From positions 1 to 64,000 of IMG/VR virus record IMGVR_UViG_3300010396_000045: a stretch of DNA of 64,000 nt; one strand, written 5' to 3'. Positions 26,446 to 36,235 of the stretch are shown one piece after another (the stretch's first letter is position 1; each line of letters starts with the position of its first letter). The DNA comes from a virus. The notes below the pieces were generated by a model. It saw only the letters and a program-made list of their open reading frames with translations. It did no database searches and was not told the origin of the DNA. Made by a program: the position numbers and the translations under genes.

Positions 26446-29400
26446 TCAGTCGGCCCAGAAAATTACCTGGTCTCCCTGTTCATAGCCGATTGGCGTAATC
26501 CATAGCTTTGCATGTGCAGCGACGATCTGCTCCAACTCGACCAACACGGCTGCCTCGACTTCGCTCATCATCTCTCCGCTGGCACTGAAGCTGATTGTCC
26601 CCGACCCGCTCGTGATATTCGGGTGTAGGAAAGCCGCGCCCGAAGCCGTGATCTGGAAGAACGATGCCAATGCCTGAGCCGGCACGACGGTATTCAGCAT
26701 CGTTCCAGAAGCAGTCATCGGCAGGAACGAACCGATGCCAGACATTGCGCGTCCGAGTACCGCCACGCCTGATCCGGTGACGATAGGAATCGTAGCGGTG
26801 CCGGAAGCTGACATGCTCTGGTTGGCTACGACGGAGGCAGTTATCCGGGGGAGAGATGCCGATCCGCTTGCAGCGACAACCTGCCCCATCCTGACAGACG
26901 CCGCCACCGCGAACGTAGCAGCTCCAGATGCCGCCAGGACGAACGACGCGGTCCCCGAGGCGCTCATACCGAGGAGCGTCGCGATAGCCCGCACAGGGCT
27001 TCCTACGGCGGCGGTAGCGGCAGCCGATAGAGCAGGAGCCGTAGCCGCAGCAGACGCCCTGTCGAAGCCCTGAGCGGCTCCTAAGGCCGATAGCGAAGGG
27101 ATCGTCGCCAAGCCTGTAGCCGCGTCGACCTGGCCGAGAGCCCCGGATGCCGACAGTCGCTCCAGTGATGCGGTCCCACTCGCCATGTCCTGCTGGACAG
27201 CCGTAGCAGCCGCTCGCATCGCCGGTATCGCAGCTAGACCGGAGGCCGAGACGATCTGCTGCGCCTGACCCGAGGATGAGAGAACAAAGGCGCTGGCCGA
27301 CTCTGACCAGAATATCTGTTGCAAGGCCTGCGCCGCGCAGGAGAGAGAGGGTAGCGTCGCGAGACCTGTCCCGAATGTCTGGCTTGTGATGTTCGGCTGG
27401 AAGACGTCAGCAGCCAGTAGGAGACCTGAGCCATCAGCGGCTAGGGAGATAAATGCGCCGTGGAACTCCTGGGAGAATTCCGCCGAGAATTCCGAAGAAC
27501 CGTCGAGCAACAATACCGGTAGGACTGGCTTGGGAACGGCCAGCACTTCAATAGTTGCAACCCCGGACATGAGGTTGAACGGACTGATTAGTCCGGCAAC
27601 AGATAAAGGAAAGAAGCCAATGACCGCACTACAGGAAGAGCCGATAGCGGCACTCACGGATAGCGTCGGAACCGTCGCCAGCCCGGAGGCTAGATCGCGC
27701 TGAACTGCCGATGCTACGCAACGTATAGCGAGGAATGTCGATCCAGATGCGCTGGCATTCGTCGAACTGGTCAGAGGCGCTACAGTGATGAACCAGTCGA
27801 TATTAGCAGCGCCTACAAACAGCAAATTCGGAATTGCTGTCGCCACGCATGAGAGCGTCAGGACATTGACCGTAGCGCCGAGTTGATCGGCGATTCCTAC
27901 AGCCCTAAGGTCAAGAACATCCGCAAGGCCGGTCGCGTTCTGCACCGAGGCTCGGCCACTCGCAGAGATCGTGAAGAACGATGCTGTAGCTGACGCTGGT
28001 TCAGTAAGTGCGGCGCTGGCGCTAGTTGAGAAGCCTATAGTGCAAACGGTGGAGGCCTGATCCTGACCAATGGCCGACGCAGCAGCCAGCATAAACATAG
28101 CGCGACCACTTCCCGTCGCGCCATTGGTATTGAGCGCCGTGCCGGCTGCCCGGAGCACTGCAAAAGTAGTAGATCCATTTGCGGAGTCGGTATTCGGCGT
28201 CAGCGATGCCTGACCAGCGCACCGCAAGACTTCAAGCGAAGGCGTCGCGCTCGTCGCGATAGAGTATTCCCAGGCCCCTGGATCCCAACCGATACGGGTA
28301 TGGCCGGCGATATCATCAGAGGCTGGTACGTCCGTTGAGTCCGCTACACCAGCGACGATCAACGCTGACCCGGTTTTCAGCTTCCAGTCAGAGACGGAAT
28401 TTACGAACTGGGCTGAAGTCGTAAGCCCTAGCTTATTCCCCCCATTGTCCGTCGCGTCCGTCCCAAGGCTGCTTGCATCCGTGCCGCAATGGTCGAACGG
28501 AAGAGCTACGGATGACGGATCAACATAGACGATCGGGTTGTAGCCGAAGATGGCGCAGTTTCGGACGTAGCAATTGCTTACGAGGCAAGAGAATGCCGCG
28601 CCGTTTGTGGGTGAGGGGTTGGCAGCTATAATAGTGCTGTTTACAACCTTGCTGGAACTCCCACTATCCCAAATGCCGATCGTTATGCCGTAGCCGCCGG
28701 ATCCCTGACGATCCACGATTAAGGTATTGGTGATTATCGTGGTGCTGCCGAGATCAAGAATGCTCCCGCCAGCCGGCGAATATCCATCAAAAATACAATG
28801 ATTTAGAGTAAGACTACCAGGAGCGCGGGCCGCGATAATGGAAGAGCCGCTTGTTGATATTGGGTCCTGAAACTGCAATCCGTCGAAGATTACGTTCGGA
28901 TCGGAAACCGTGATGTAGTTCGTATCTCCTTCTGTGCTCGGGAGCACGAAGCGGACGCCGTTGCTTGAGTTGAAAGCGAGCGCTTGGGTAGAAGAGGAAG
29001 CCAGAAAGTCGCGGAAGCTCTCTCCAGGAGCGGCCTTCAGCGTGATCGTATTCGTTGAGGTAGTCGTATGGCCGGAGAGGTGGAAATACTCTACCCCAGC
29101 CGTTGTCGAGATAGCCCCGCAGTCCCAAATCTGGCCGACGACAGGCTGTGTCAACGTGCCGGGAATGCCAGACGCCCAACTGGCGACGGTTACATAATCG
29201 ACGGACGCGAGGAACTTCCACGTAGCCGCCCCGTCAGTAATTGAGGAGCCTGTGCCGCTTGGGCCACCGGAGCTAGCGGATGTGCCGCTCTTCGTGCATT
29301 GGTACGCATTGCCGCCGTTTGAGCGCCGGTTTCCGACCGTATAACTGGTCGACGGCGCCCAGGCGGTTAGTCCAACAAAGATATTACTGGTCGTCGTCAT
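26446..29400 (-). CDS. Fibre-like protein: CBM5/12-like N-terminus, beta-helix, Ala-rich repeats
   Basis: AWAPSTSYTVG...NGGNAYQC...ITDGAATW; beta-helix ending WKLKTGSALIVAG...DPGAWEY; ASGLATIPSLSA repeats. Confidence 0.65.
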   Translation of the reverse strand: MTTTSNIFVGLTAWAPSTSYTVGNRRSNGGNAYQCTKSGTSASSGGPSGTGSSITDGAATWKFLASVDYVTVASWASGIPGTLTQPVVGQIWDCGAISTTAGVEYFHLSGHTTTSTNTITLKAAPGESFRDFLASSSTQALAFNSSNGVRFVLPSTEGDTNYITVSDPNVIFDGLQFQDPISTSGSSIIAARAPGSLTLNHCIFDGYSPAGGSILDLGSTTIITNTLIVDRQGSGGYGITIGIWDSGSSSKVVNSTIIAANPSPTNGAAFSCLVSNCYVRNCAIFGYNPIVYVDPSSVALPFDHCGTDASSLGTDATDNGGNKLGLTTSAQFVNSVSDWKLKTGSALIVAGVADSTDVPASDDIAGHTRIGWDPGAWEYSIATSATPSLEVLRCAGQASLTPNTDSANGSTTFAVLRAAGTALNTNGATGSGRAMFMLAAASAIGQDQASTVCTIGFSTSASAALTEPASATASFFTISASGRASVQNATGLADVLDLRAVGIADQLGATVNVLTLSCVATAIPNLLFVGAANIDWFITVAPLTSSTNASASGSTFLAIRCVASAVQRDLASGLATVPTLSVSAAIGSSCSAVIGFFPLSVAGLISPFNLMSGVATIEVLAVPKPVLPVLLLDGSSEFSAEFSQEFHGAFISLAADGSGLLLAADVFQPNITSQTFGTGLATLPSLSCAAQALQQIFWSESASAFVLSSSGQAQQIVSASGLAAIPAMRAAATAVQQDMASGTASLERLSASGALGQVDAATGLATIPSLSALGAAQGFDRASAAATAPALSAAATAAVGSPVRAIATLLGMSASGTASFVLAASGAATFAVAASVRMGQVVAASGSASLPRITASVVANQSMSASGTATIPIVTGSGVAVLGRAMSGIGSFLPMTASGTMLNTVVPAQALASFFQITASGAAFLHPNITSGSGTISFSASGEMMSEVEAAVLVELEQIVAAHAKLWITPIGYEQGDQVIFWAD

Positions 29401-31021
29401 TCAGGAACCGGATAAGGTCTCCGCGCACTCGTTGTATGACATCGCCCCAGTCACCAGCGACGCGCTGTCGGAATATCCGCATGGCGGGGTACCACTCGGT
29501 ATTCTCGTCGTGCCACTCGCCCTCTTCAGGCCAACGCCAGCGCCAGCATGAATCGAAGCGCGACAGCATCCACGTCGGCTTGTCCAACGCCGCAGCTAAG
29601 TGACAAACGGCGCTGTCGATCGTAATCACGAGGTCCAGTTGCTCAATGACAGCCGCCGTATCAAGGATGTCGTAGTCCTCCCCGATAGGCTGCATAATCC
29701 TCTCATCATCGACCCGATGATTCGACTGTTGCAGCGAGACAAACTGGAAGCGGTCGGAAAGCGCCAACAGCGGCTCCAGGAGAGGGAAGGGGACGCTTCG
29801 CCGCCTATCAATGGCGTAGGCCATCAGATGGTCCGGACGGCTTGCTCCGGCCCATACAAGCCCCATACGCAGCCTTCCGTCTCGCGCACCGATAGACCGC
29901 TCTTGAACAAGAGCATCCGGAGCAGGCAGAAAATACCGCTGGTTCGGGATATTGTCCGTCCGCTGGTCAAGGATCGCGGGTGCATCCAGCATCGGCAGAA
30001 CGACGTCGCACCGCATGACGTGCTCTTTTTCCGACTCCATATGTCGGCCTGCAATGACATCGTAGTCGCCGTCCATAATAAGCCGCCGCGCCATGCGCTC
30101 CATCGAGCGCGGCACGCCGATAGTCAGCTTGGAGACGTATTTCCGCAGGATAGGCGCATACCGAATGAACTGGATGCAGTCGCCCAAACCCTGCTCATGG
30201 ATCAGAACCAGATGCTTATCGCGTAGCTCGTCCAACGTCTGGGCAACCGGCAGGCCCAGGTCGGCGATCTTGGACTCAGCCTTGCTCTGGACAGTGTCGC
30301 GTAGCCGATACATATGCCACGCCTCGGGCCAGTTGCCGTTGCCCAGGAGGATGAAGGACTTGTTGTAGAGCGTCCCCTTCCGTTGTGGATCGCGGACCTT
30401 GTGCTCCAGCATCCACAGCGCCTCGTCGCGCCGGCCTAGCTCCATCAGGACGGTAGCGTGGTTGTTGACCACATCCTCGTACCATCCGCCGTTGGCGAAC
30501 TCTTCCACATGCTCGTAGCATGCCAGCGCCTCGTCATACCGCCCTAGCATATGCAGCGCGAAGCCTTTGCTCATCTCGGCGTGCAAGAACTCCGGATGCT
30601 TCTCCAGGCACTCGTCGAACGCCCGAACCCCGTCTTCATACGCAAGCGTGTGGCAGAGGTTGATACCGCGCTGGTACAGAAGCTCACGGTTGTCGGGGAA
30701 CGCCTCCAGCCCATTGACGACGAACGCCATCGAGTGGACGTACATCTTCTCGTCGCAGTAGGTCTTGGCGCAGTTGATAAACCACTCGACCCGAGGCTTC
30801 GTCAGCGACAACGACGCGCAGGCAAAGTCATATCCCTGGTCGTAGTTTTTCAGCTTAGGTAGCGCAATGCCGCAAATGTGGATCGCATCGAACGCCAGGC
30901 TGTCCTGGAGAATACGAGCGCCTAGCTCAGCCGCCTTGTGGTAGTCCTCCCGCCCGTAGGCGTCGAACATCTCCTCCCGGCGCTTGAGGAAGTCCGGATG
31001 GACGTCAAAGTCGATACCCAT
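29384..31021 (-). CDS. TPR-repeat glycosyltransferase (GT9-like)
   Basis: TPRs (LGRYDEALACYE), EQGLGDCIQFIRY, GLVWAG, FVSLQ, DTAAVIEQLDLVITIDSAVCHLAAAL, CWRW. Confidence 0.9.
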   Translation of the reverse strand: MGIDFDVHPDFLKRREEMFDAYGREDYHKAAELGARILQDSLAFDAIHICGIALPKLKNYDQGYDFACASLSLTKPRVEWFINCAKTYCDEKMYVHSMAFVVNGLEAFPDNRELLYQRGINLCHTLAYEDGVRAFDECLEKHPEFLHAEMSKGFALHMLGRYDEALACYEHVEEFANGGWYEDVVNNHATVLMELGRRDEALWMLEHKVRDPQRKGTLYNKSFILLGNGNWPEAWHMYRLRDTVQSKAESKIADLGLPVAQTLDELRDKHLVLIHEQGLGDCIQFIRYAPILRKYVSKLTIGVPRSMERMARRLIMDGDYDVIAGRHMESEKEHVMRCDVVLPMLDAPAILDQRTDNIPNQRYFLPAPDALVQERSIGARDGRLRMGLVWAGASRPDHLMAYAIDRRRSVPFPLLEPLLALSDRFQFVSLQQSNHRVDDERIMQPIGEDYDILDTAAVIEQLDLVITIDSAVCHLAAALDKPTWMLSRFDSCWRWRWPEEGEWHDENTEWYPAMRIFRQRVAGDWGDVIQRVRGDLIRFLNDDDQ

Positions 31022-32436
31022 CAGTAAACCTCCGGCACCGCAAGAAAGTCGTTGCCGAAGTCTCGGATCAAGTATCCCAGGCTTATTAGCTTCTGCTGGA
31101 GGATAGGCTTATCGACCTTGCCGTATTCGATGAGCATCATCGGACGGTGCAGGCCGATCGTCTTGGCCGCGCCGTCCAGGACTTGCATTTCCATCCCCTC
31201 AACGTCGACCTTGATTAAATCGACGCGGCGGAAGGTCCACATATCCAAGGGGACAAGGGAAACGCGCTCAACCTTGTCCGGATCGTTCCCGCGCTCCTGG
31301 CTCAGCGGCTCACGCTGCCTCTCCCCAAACTCGATAGAGCCGAAGCTACATGGCTTGGTGTAGTCGAACTGCGGAACATCGATCGTGCCGTGGTGGTCAC
31401 CGACTGCCGCATGGATGCAGTAGACGTTGGTCCAGCCGTTCAGCGCTACGGACCCAGCCAGCATGTTGAATATCAACCGCTGTGGCTCGAACGCATAAAC
31501 CGCGCTGCAATAGGGCCGGAGGGCGAAGGAAAACGTCCCGACGTTCGCGCCGATATCGACGAAGACCGCTCCCGGTCGCTTTTCGATCAGCGAGATAAGG
31601 TAGTCGATCTCATACCACTGCTGGGCAATCCCTCCAGAGCGCAGAGGCGGCGTCTGGTTCGTATCGCAGGACGGCAGGATCATGTCGCCATAGCGGGTCC
31701 GCGCGACCTCAGAGACGAGGTTCTCCGGGGGCGGCTCCTCAGGCTTAGCCTCAGGCTCTACATTGCCTACCGCGACCGTCGCCCGCACCGAGAACGGCTG
31801 ACGGTTCATGAGATTGATCGAGAAGCGCCGCCGCCCGCCTGGCACAAAGCCATGCATCACGGCGTAGTTGGACCGCGTGAACTCCCCCAGTTCCTTTTCT
31901 AAGTCCGGAGGAAGGATCGCAATGACGTCGTGCGCTATATCGCAGATCCGACCAGCCTCGCGCGCCATAGCCTTGATCCGGCTGATTTCCGGATAGGCCT
32001 TCGGATCGTGTGGCTGCGGAGGAATAAAGCACGTCGCGTCGTCGATCAGGATGGCGTGCCGATGCGGAGAGCAGAGGATCAGCATCAGCTCTTCAATAAT
32101 CGGGCAGTCGTCCGGCCCGTTGCCGAACAGCCCAGCCGCGTTATGCGCGTCCAGCCAGAACAGCGCAGGCCCATCGAGACGAGCAACAACGCGAGGCAAG
32201 ATGGTCCGTGAGTCGCCCAGCCTGTAGGTGATGTTCTCCAGACCGTCGCAGCGGTTCATGGCCTTCTGGAGAAAGTCCTCGTCGATATCGAGGGTATCGA
32301 CCTCCTCGAAGTGCAACGCAGCCCATTGGGTAGACTCACCCTGATAGGTGCCTGTCTCGACAAGGCGCTTAATTCCGATACGGTCGCGCAGCTTTAGCGC
32401 GAACTCCGCAATCGGCGGATCGCTCAAGTGTCCCAT
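31021..32436 (-). CDS. Two-domain SAM methyltransferase with C-terminal FkbM domain
   Basis: N-domain LVETGTYQGEST...FWLDAH...ILIDD; C-domain FVDIGANVG, AFEPQ, IKVDVEGME. Confidence 0.9.
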   Translation of the reverse strand: MGHLSDPPIAEFALKLRDRIGIKRLVETGTYQGESTQWAALHFEEVDTLDIDEDFLQKAMNRCDGLENITYRLGDSRTILPRVVARLDGPALFWLDAHNAAGLFGNGPDDCPIIEELMLILCSPHRHAILIDDATCFIPPQPHDPKAYPEISRIKAMAREAGRICDIAHDVIAILPPDLEKELGEFTRSNYAVMHGFVPGGRRRFSINLMNRQPFSVRATVAVGNVEPEAKPEEPPPENLVSEVARTRYGDMILPSCDTNQTPPLRSGGIAQQWYEIDYLISLIEKRPGAVFVDIGANVGTFSFALRPYCSAVYAFEPQRLIFNMLAGSVALNGWTNVYCIHAAVGDHHGTIDVPQFDYTKPCSFGSIEFGERQREPLSQERGNDPDKVERVSLVPLDMWTFRRVDLIKVDVEGMEMQVLDGAAKTIGLHRPMMLIEYGKVDKPILQQKLISLGYLIRDFGNDFLAVPEVY

Positions 32437-32564
32437 GATGATTAGTTTCCCAGCTAATCCCAGCAGTACATGCGCAACGCCCCTCTGGCCGCTGGGAGAG
32501 CCAGAGGGGACGCGCTAACCAGAGGGGCGGAGGTGCCGGGGTGGGCACACCTCTGGTAGCTCAG

Positions 32565-33086
32565 TTAGCCTTGGTTCTGTTGGTTCTGCTGTTCCTGCCG
32601 CTCGCGCTCGAGACGCTCGTTCTCCTCGCGCTGCCGACGAGCTTCCTCAGTCTCCTGCGCGTGCTCGCCTTCCGCTGCGGGCGCGTCATGGACAACCTCA
32701 GGGTTCGGAGCGTTGTCAGCCGCCGCAAAGCGCGGGTCTTCGTCCACGCCCTCGTTCATCGCACGCTCCAGCCGCTCCTTGTCGGTCGGCGGACGGTTCG
32801 CAGCCCAGGAGGCGTTCATCTGCGGGTTGGCGTAGACGGGCTGGTTAGCGTCTACGGCCTGCTTCAGGCCTTCCCCGGGCATCACAGGCATCTGTGGGCC
32901 TGCAATGGCAGGGTCGGGAGTGAACGGCGTCTCGGGCATCGCAGCCGCTGCTGAGCCGTGTAGGACCTGGGGATGGCCCTCTGGCTGCGTGCCGGGGATG
33001 ATGGTCCCGTCCGCATTGCGCAGGCCATGGGGATGCCCAGGCGAGTTCGGCGCTGCCGGCGCCGGACGGTCGGCTTCGTCGGTCAT
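32565..33086 (-). CDS. Low-complexity Pro/Ala/Glu-rich hypothetical protein
   Basis: AGGAG RBS; 173-aa ORF in late-strand orientation. Confidence 0.6.
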   Translation of the reverse strand: MTDEADRPAPAAPNSPGHPHGLRNADGTIIPGTQPEGHPQVLHGSAAAAMPETPFTPDPAIAGPQMPVMPGEGLKQAVDANQPVYANPQMNASWAANRPPTDKERLERAMNEGVDEDPRFAAADNAPNPEVVHDAPAAEGEHAQETEEARRQREENERLERERQEQQNQQNQG

Positions 33087-33248
33087 GTTTTCTAGAACTC
33101 CTTGCGTCGAAATGACCTCGCCACGACAGCGGCTATCGACGCGCTAGCGCCGCTGTAGGGATGGAAAATAAATCGAGGAACTATGCATTTTGCACTGGAC
33201 AATCAGCGCGGAACGTCGCATATTGCGACATAGAGAGGGAGAGGCGAG

Positions 33249-33527
33249 ATGGCTAAGTTCCTGTTCTTCGCAGACCTACCGAACGGCGAGATGGCCATGA
33301 CAGTTGATCGTGCTGACTATGACATGGGCGACGGCAAAATGCCGCGCATCTGGACCGAAGCTACTGGATGGGTCCGCTGCACTCGCGTAGTCCAGAGGAA
33401 GTCCAATCCCTCTATGCATAAGTGCGATACTCGCTGCATGTTCGCGCAAGGGCGCACTATGAACTGCGAATGCGCCTGCGGCGGAAAGAACCATGGTAAA
33501 GGCAATATCGTATGCGAGGCGGCATGA
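33249..33527 (+). CDS. Cys-rich putative Zn-binding phage protein
   Basis: HKCDTRC...CECACGGKNHG; purine-rich RBS; palindrome GTCGCA-TAT-TGCGAC upstream at 33215-33229. Confidence 0.7.
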   Translation: MAKFLFFADLPNGEMAMTVDRADYDMGDGKMPRIWTEATGWVRCTRVVQRKSNPSMHKCDTRCMFAQGRTMNCECACGGKNHGKGNIVCEAA

Positions 33528-33651
33528 TGCGCCGCCGCATGCACTATCCACTTCGCGTCATGCTGATGATGCGAACAGTCTTCCGCCAGAGACTAAGACT
33601 ACTACCGTTGCGTCTTGTTCTATTGACGAGATTGGATGAGAGAAAGCGCAA

Positions 33652-33861
33652 GTGACGGGAGCCGAGCTAGTAGCCGCCCTAGACACGATAGGGTGGTCTA
33701 ACCGTAAGCTGGCAAAGCGTCTGAGATGCGACGAAATCCGCATTCGTAGATGGATACAGGACGTATCACAGGTCCCTCCGAGCGTCGCTAAGTGGCTCTC
33801 TACGCTAGCCGCATTCCACGAACGCCACCCGGCTCCTACAGATTGGAGAGTGAGGAAATGA
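33652..33861 (+). CDS. Small HTH regulator
   Basis: LDTIGWSNRKLAKRLRCDEIRIRRW.....VPPSVAKWL. Confidence 0.75.
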   Translation: MTGAELVAALDTIGWSNRKLAKRLRCDEIRIRRWIQDVSQVPPSVAKWLSTLAAFHERHPAPTDWRVRK

Positions 33862-34070
33862 CGATACACACAGATGCGTTGATGCCGTATCTGCATGGAA
33901 CAGTGGTTTTCCTTCTTGTTCTGCTGTTCAGCGGGATTTGTGCCCCACCGATCCTCGATGCATTCACGAGAGGAAGGCTGGTCACCGGAGGTGTCTTTAG
34001 CCTGATTTACGGCGGGGGCGTCTTCCTCATCGCCGGCGTTTCGACCGGCTACGTGCAGTTCGCGCACTGA
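33858..34070 (+). CDS. Small two-TM membrane protein
   Basis: GAGTGAGGAAATG leader; two hydrophobic segments. Confidence 0.6.
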   Translation: MTIHTDALMPYLHGTVVFLLVLLFSGICAPPILDAFTRGRLVTGGVFSLIYGGGVFLIAGVSTGYVQFAH

Positions 34071-34087
34071 GGAGTGAGGAAAATAGG

Positions 34088-34288
34088 ATGCTCAGTAACA
34101 AAGACGATATGACGCTGATCCAGGAACTTATCGAGGCCGATCTCCGGACGCGGTTTGCCATGCGGATACGATGCCGCGCGCAGGGACACGACTATGAAAA
34201 ACATGGCAGCATGTCCGCAGAGGGGACGCTTACTCGCGTCGATCTGGTCTGCAAGTGGTGCGGCGAAAATAAACTAAACGCGGAGTGA
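34088..34288 (+). CDS. Small Zn-ribbon-like protein
   Basis: CRAQGHDY...CKWCG. Confidence 0.6.
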   Translation: MLSNKDDMTLIQELIEADLRTRFAMRIRCRAQGHDYEKHGSMSAEGTLTRVDLVCKWCGENKLNAE

Positions 34289-34292
34289 GGAA

Positions 34293-34577
34293 ATGAAACG
34301 CACCCTGCTAGCCTCATGCGTCCTGCTAAGCGGATGCTACGTCGATCCCAACACCGGACTCGTCTACTCAACGCCGCAGTACCAATACCAGTCGGTCGCC
34401 GTCTATCACTACCAAGTCCCGCCACCCAATCCATACTACCAGGCGCGGCAGGACCAGCCCTACTATCAGGAATGGCGACAGTCCGCCGAGGAGCAATACA
34501 ACCAGTGCGTCGCTAGGGACCAGGAGCGCCGAATGTATCAGCAACCGCTAGAGGACTGCGGAGGGTATTTCCGATGA
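34293..34577 (+). CDS. Small Tyr/Gln-rich lipoprotein
   Basis: Lipobox LSGC; GAGTGAGGAAATG leader. Confidence 0.65.
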   Translation: MKRTLLASCVLLSGCYVDPNTGLVYSTPQYQYQSVAVYHYQVPPPNPYYQARQDQPYYQEWRQSAEEQYNQCVARDQERRMYQQPLEDCGGYFR

Positions 34578-34828
34578 CGGACAGTAATGACCAGTCCAAA
34601 CATCGCTGGTGGGATAGTGAAAGGCAAGAGTGGGCATATCCGGAAGACGACAAAGCCCGCCTGGACCTCTACTTCTGGCAACGAACGAGTGACCTGGAGC
34701 GCGAGAAGTCGCACCTGCTAGAAGTGATCGCCTCGGCCCACGAAGTAATACGCCATGACAATGACCTCGCCAGCGCAGAGACAATGCTGCGAGAATGCCT
34801 TGAGAAATTCGGCATTACTCCACGCTAG
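34574..34828 (+). CDS. Small hypothetical protein
   Basis: ATGA overlap with the upstream gene. Confidence 0.55.
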   Translation: MTDSNDQSKHRWWDSERQEWAYPEDDKARLDLYFWQRTSDLEREKSHLLEVIASAHEVIRHDNDLASAETMLRECLEKFGITPR

Positions 34829-35111
34829 GTTTGCATCTCGCATAGCCATGAGGTATCCATCCCGCGCGGAGGAAACCCATGGCAAAGCTGCTGGAGGAGA
34901 CGAAAGTCGTCCTCATCGTAGGCGCTCCGGCGCTGCTCGCATCGCTCGGCGTAATTCTGCTCCTGAAGGCCACATGCGGGTTACTGTGGAACTCTAGCTG
35001 CCAAGTCCGAATGGTAGGCGTCCATCACCTCGACGAGCCTATCCAGATAGCCCGGACGCATGTGCCACCAGAGCTTATCACGCCGGTAGTGCTCGGGACG
35101 TACAGAGGACC

Positions 35112-35333
35112 CTAGGCGAACAGCCTATCCCATTTCTCCCTGTCCCGCTTCCACGTCGCGCGTAGGTTCGCGATCTCGGCCTCATTCGTATGCCCCGAGC
35201 ACGAGAGCCCAGTGTTCCCGGTCTCTAGCTTCATGTCCGGATGGCCGTAGGCGACCAGCTCTACGCGAGCGCGACCGCACTTTACGCAAAAGCCGTTCTC
35301 GAACTCGTGGTCCATTATTGTTTCGCGCGGCAT
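35112..35333 (-). CDS. Small hypothetical protein
   Basis: HEF...FCVKCG motif. Confidence 0.5.
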   Translation of the reverse strand: MPRETIMDHEFENGFCVKCGRARVELVAYGHPDMKLETGNTGLSCSGHTNEAEIANLRATWKRDREKWDRLFA

Positions 35334-35437
35334 TGTCGCTTTGCAATTTGCATAGAGGGAGGGTATAAAACGGGAACAGCGCGTCGGATCAGGACACGCT
35401 GCCCCTGACCATTACGACTAGAAAGGACAAGAGCCGA

Positions 35438-36208
35438 ATGGCTGAGAAGACTATAGCACGCCCAATGCGTGGAGATAGATGCGCCCGCAATCCGCTGCGG
35501 GACCTTTATCCGGTAGAATACCAAGCCTGGGTGCAGCTTAGACAGAGATGCTACAATCCAGATAACGAAAGCTACTCGAATTATGGCGCAAGAGGCATCC
35601 GCGTCGAGGCTATATGGGATACCTTCGAGGGCTTTATGGCCACCATGGGGCCTAAGCCATCCCCAGACCTTAGCGTCGAGCGGCCAGACAATGATGGGAA
35701 TTACGGCGCTCAATGCTACTGGGGAACCCCAGATGAGCAGAACAACAACAATCGGCACAATCACCCGATAACCTATGACGGACGAACACAGAACCTAGAG
35801 CAATGGTCTCAGGAAATCGGGCTTGACCATACGGCGCTTCTGAAGCGGCTTAGACTGAAGTGGACTATAGGTCAGGCGCTAGGGTTCGAGCCTCCTCCAT
35901 TCAATCCCAAGGCCCACAATGGGACTACCGTGTCCGAAAAGTTGGCTTGTGGCGTCAACCGGACGACTTACCAAATGCGAATCGCTTCGGGATGGACCGA
36001 CGAAGCCGCGAGGCAGAATGTCGATGGGCGCAAGCACAAGCAGAACAAGCATCCGAAGTATATCTACGTCAGCCATCCGGCTCTTGGCGAAGGAGAGTTC
36101 ACCATTCAGCAGGCCGCTTTGATCGTAGGAAAGAAACCCAACACGGTGACTGTAGCAATAACCCGCAGAGGGAAGACGCCTCTGCAAGCTCTTGGACTGG
36201 AGAAGTAG
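35438..36208 (+). CDS. Free-standing HNH homing endonuclease with repeated C-terminal DNA-binding modules
   Basis: EYQAW..LRQRC.NP....Y.NYGARGI.V, SVERPDNDGNY...CYWGT..EQNNN, ITYDGRTQNLEQW. Confidence 0.88.
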   Translation: MAEKTIARPMRGDRCARNPLRDLYPVEYQAWVQLRQRCYNPDNESYSNYGARGIRVEAIWDTFEGFMATMGPKPSPDLSVERPDNDGNYGAQCYWGTPDEQNNNNRHNHPITYDGRTQNLEQWSQEIGLDHTALLKRLRLKWTIGQALGFEPPPFNPKAHNGTTVSEKLACGVNRTTYQMRIASGWTDEAARQNVDGRKHKQNKHPKYIYVSHPALGEGEFTIQQAALIVGKKPNTVTVAITRRGKTPLQALGLEK

Positions 36209-36235
36209 GGGGCTCCGCTCCCCCCAAACTCATTA

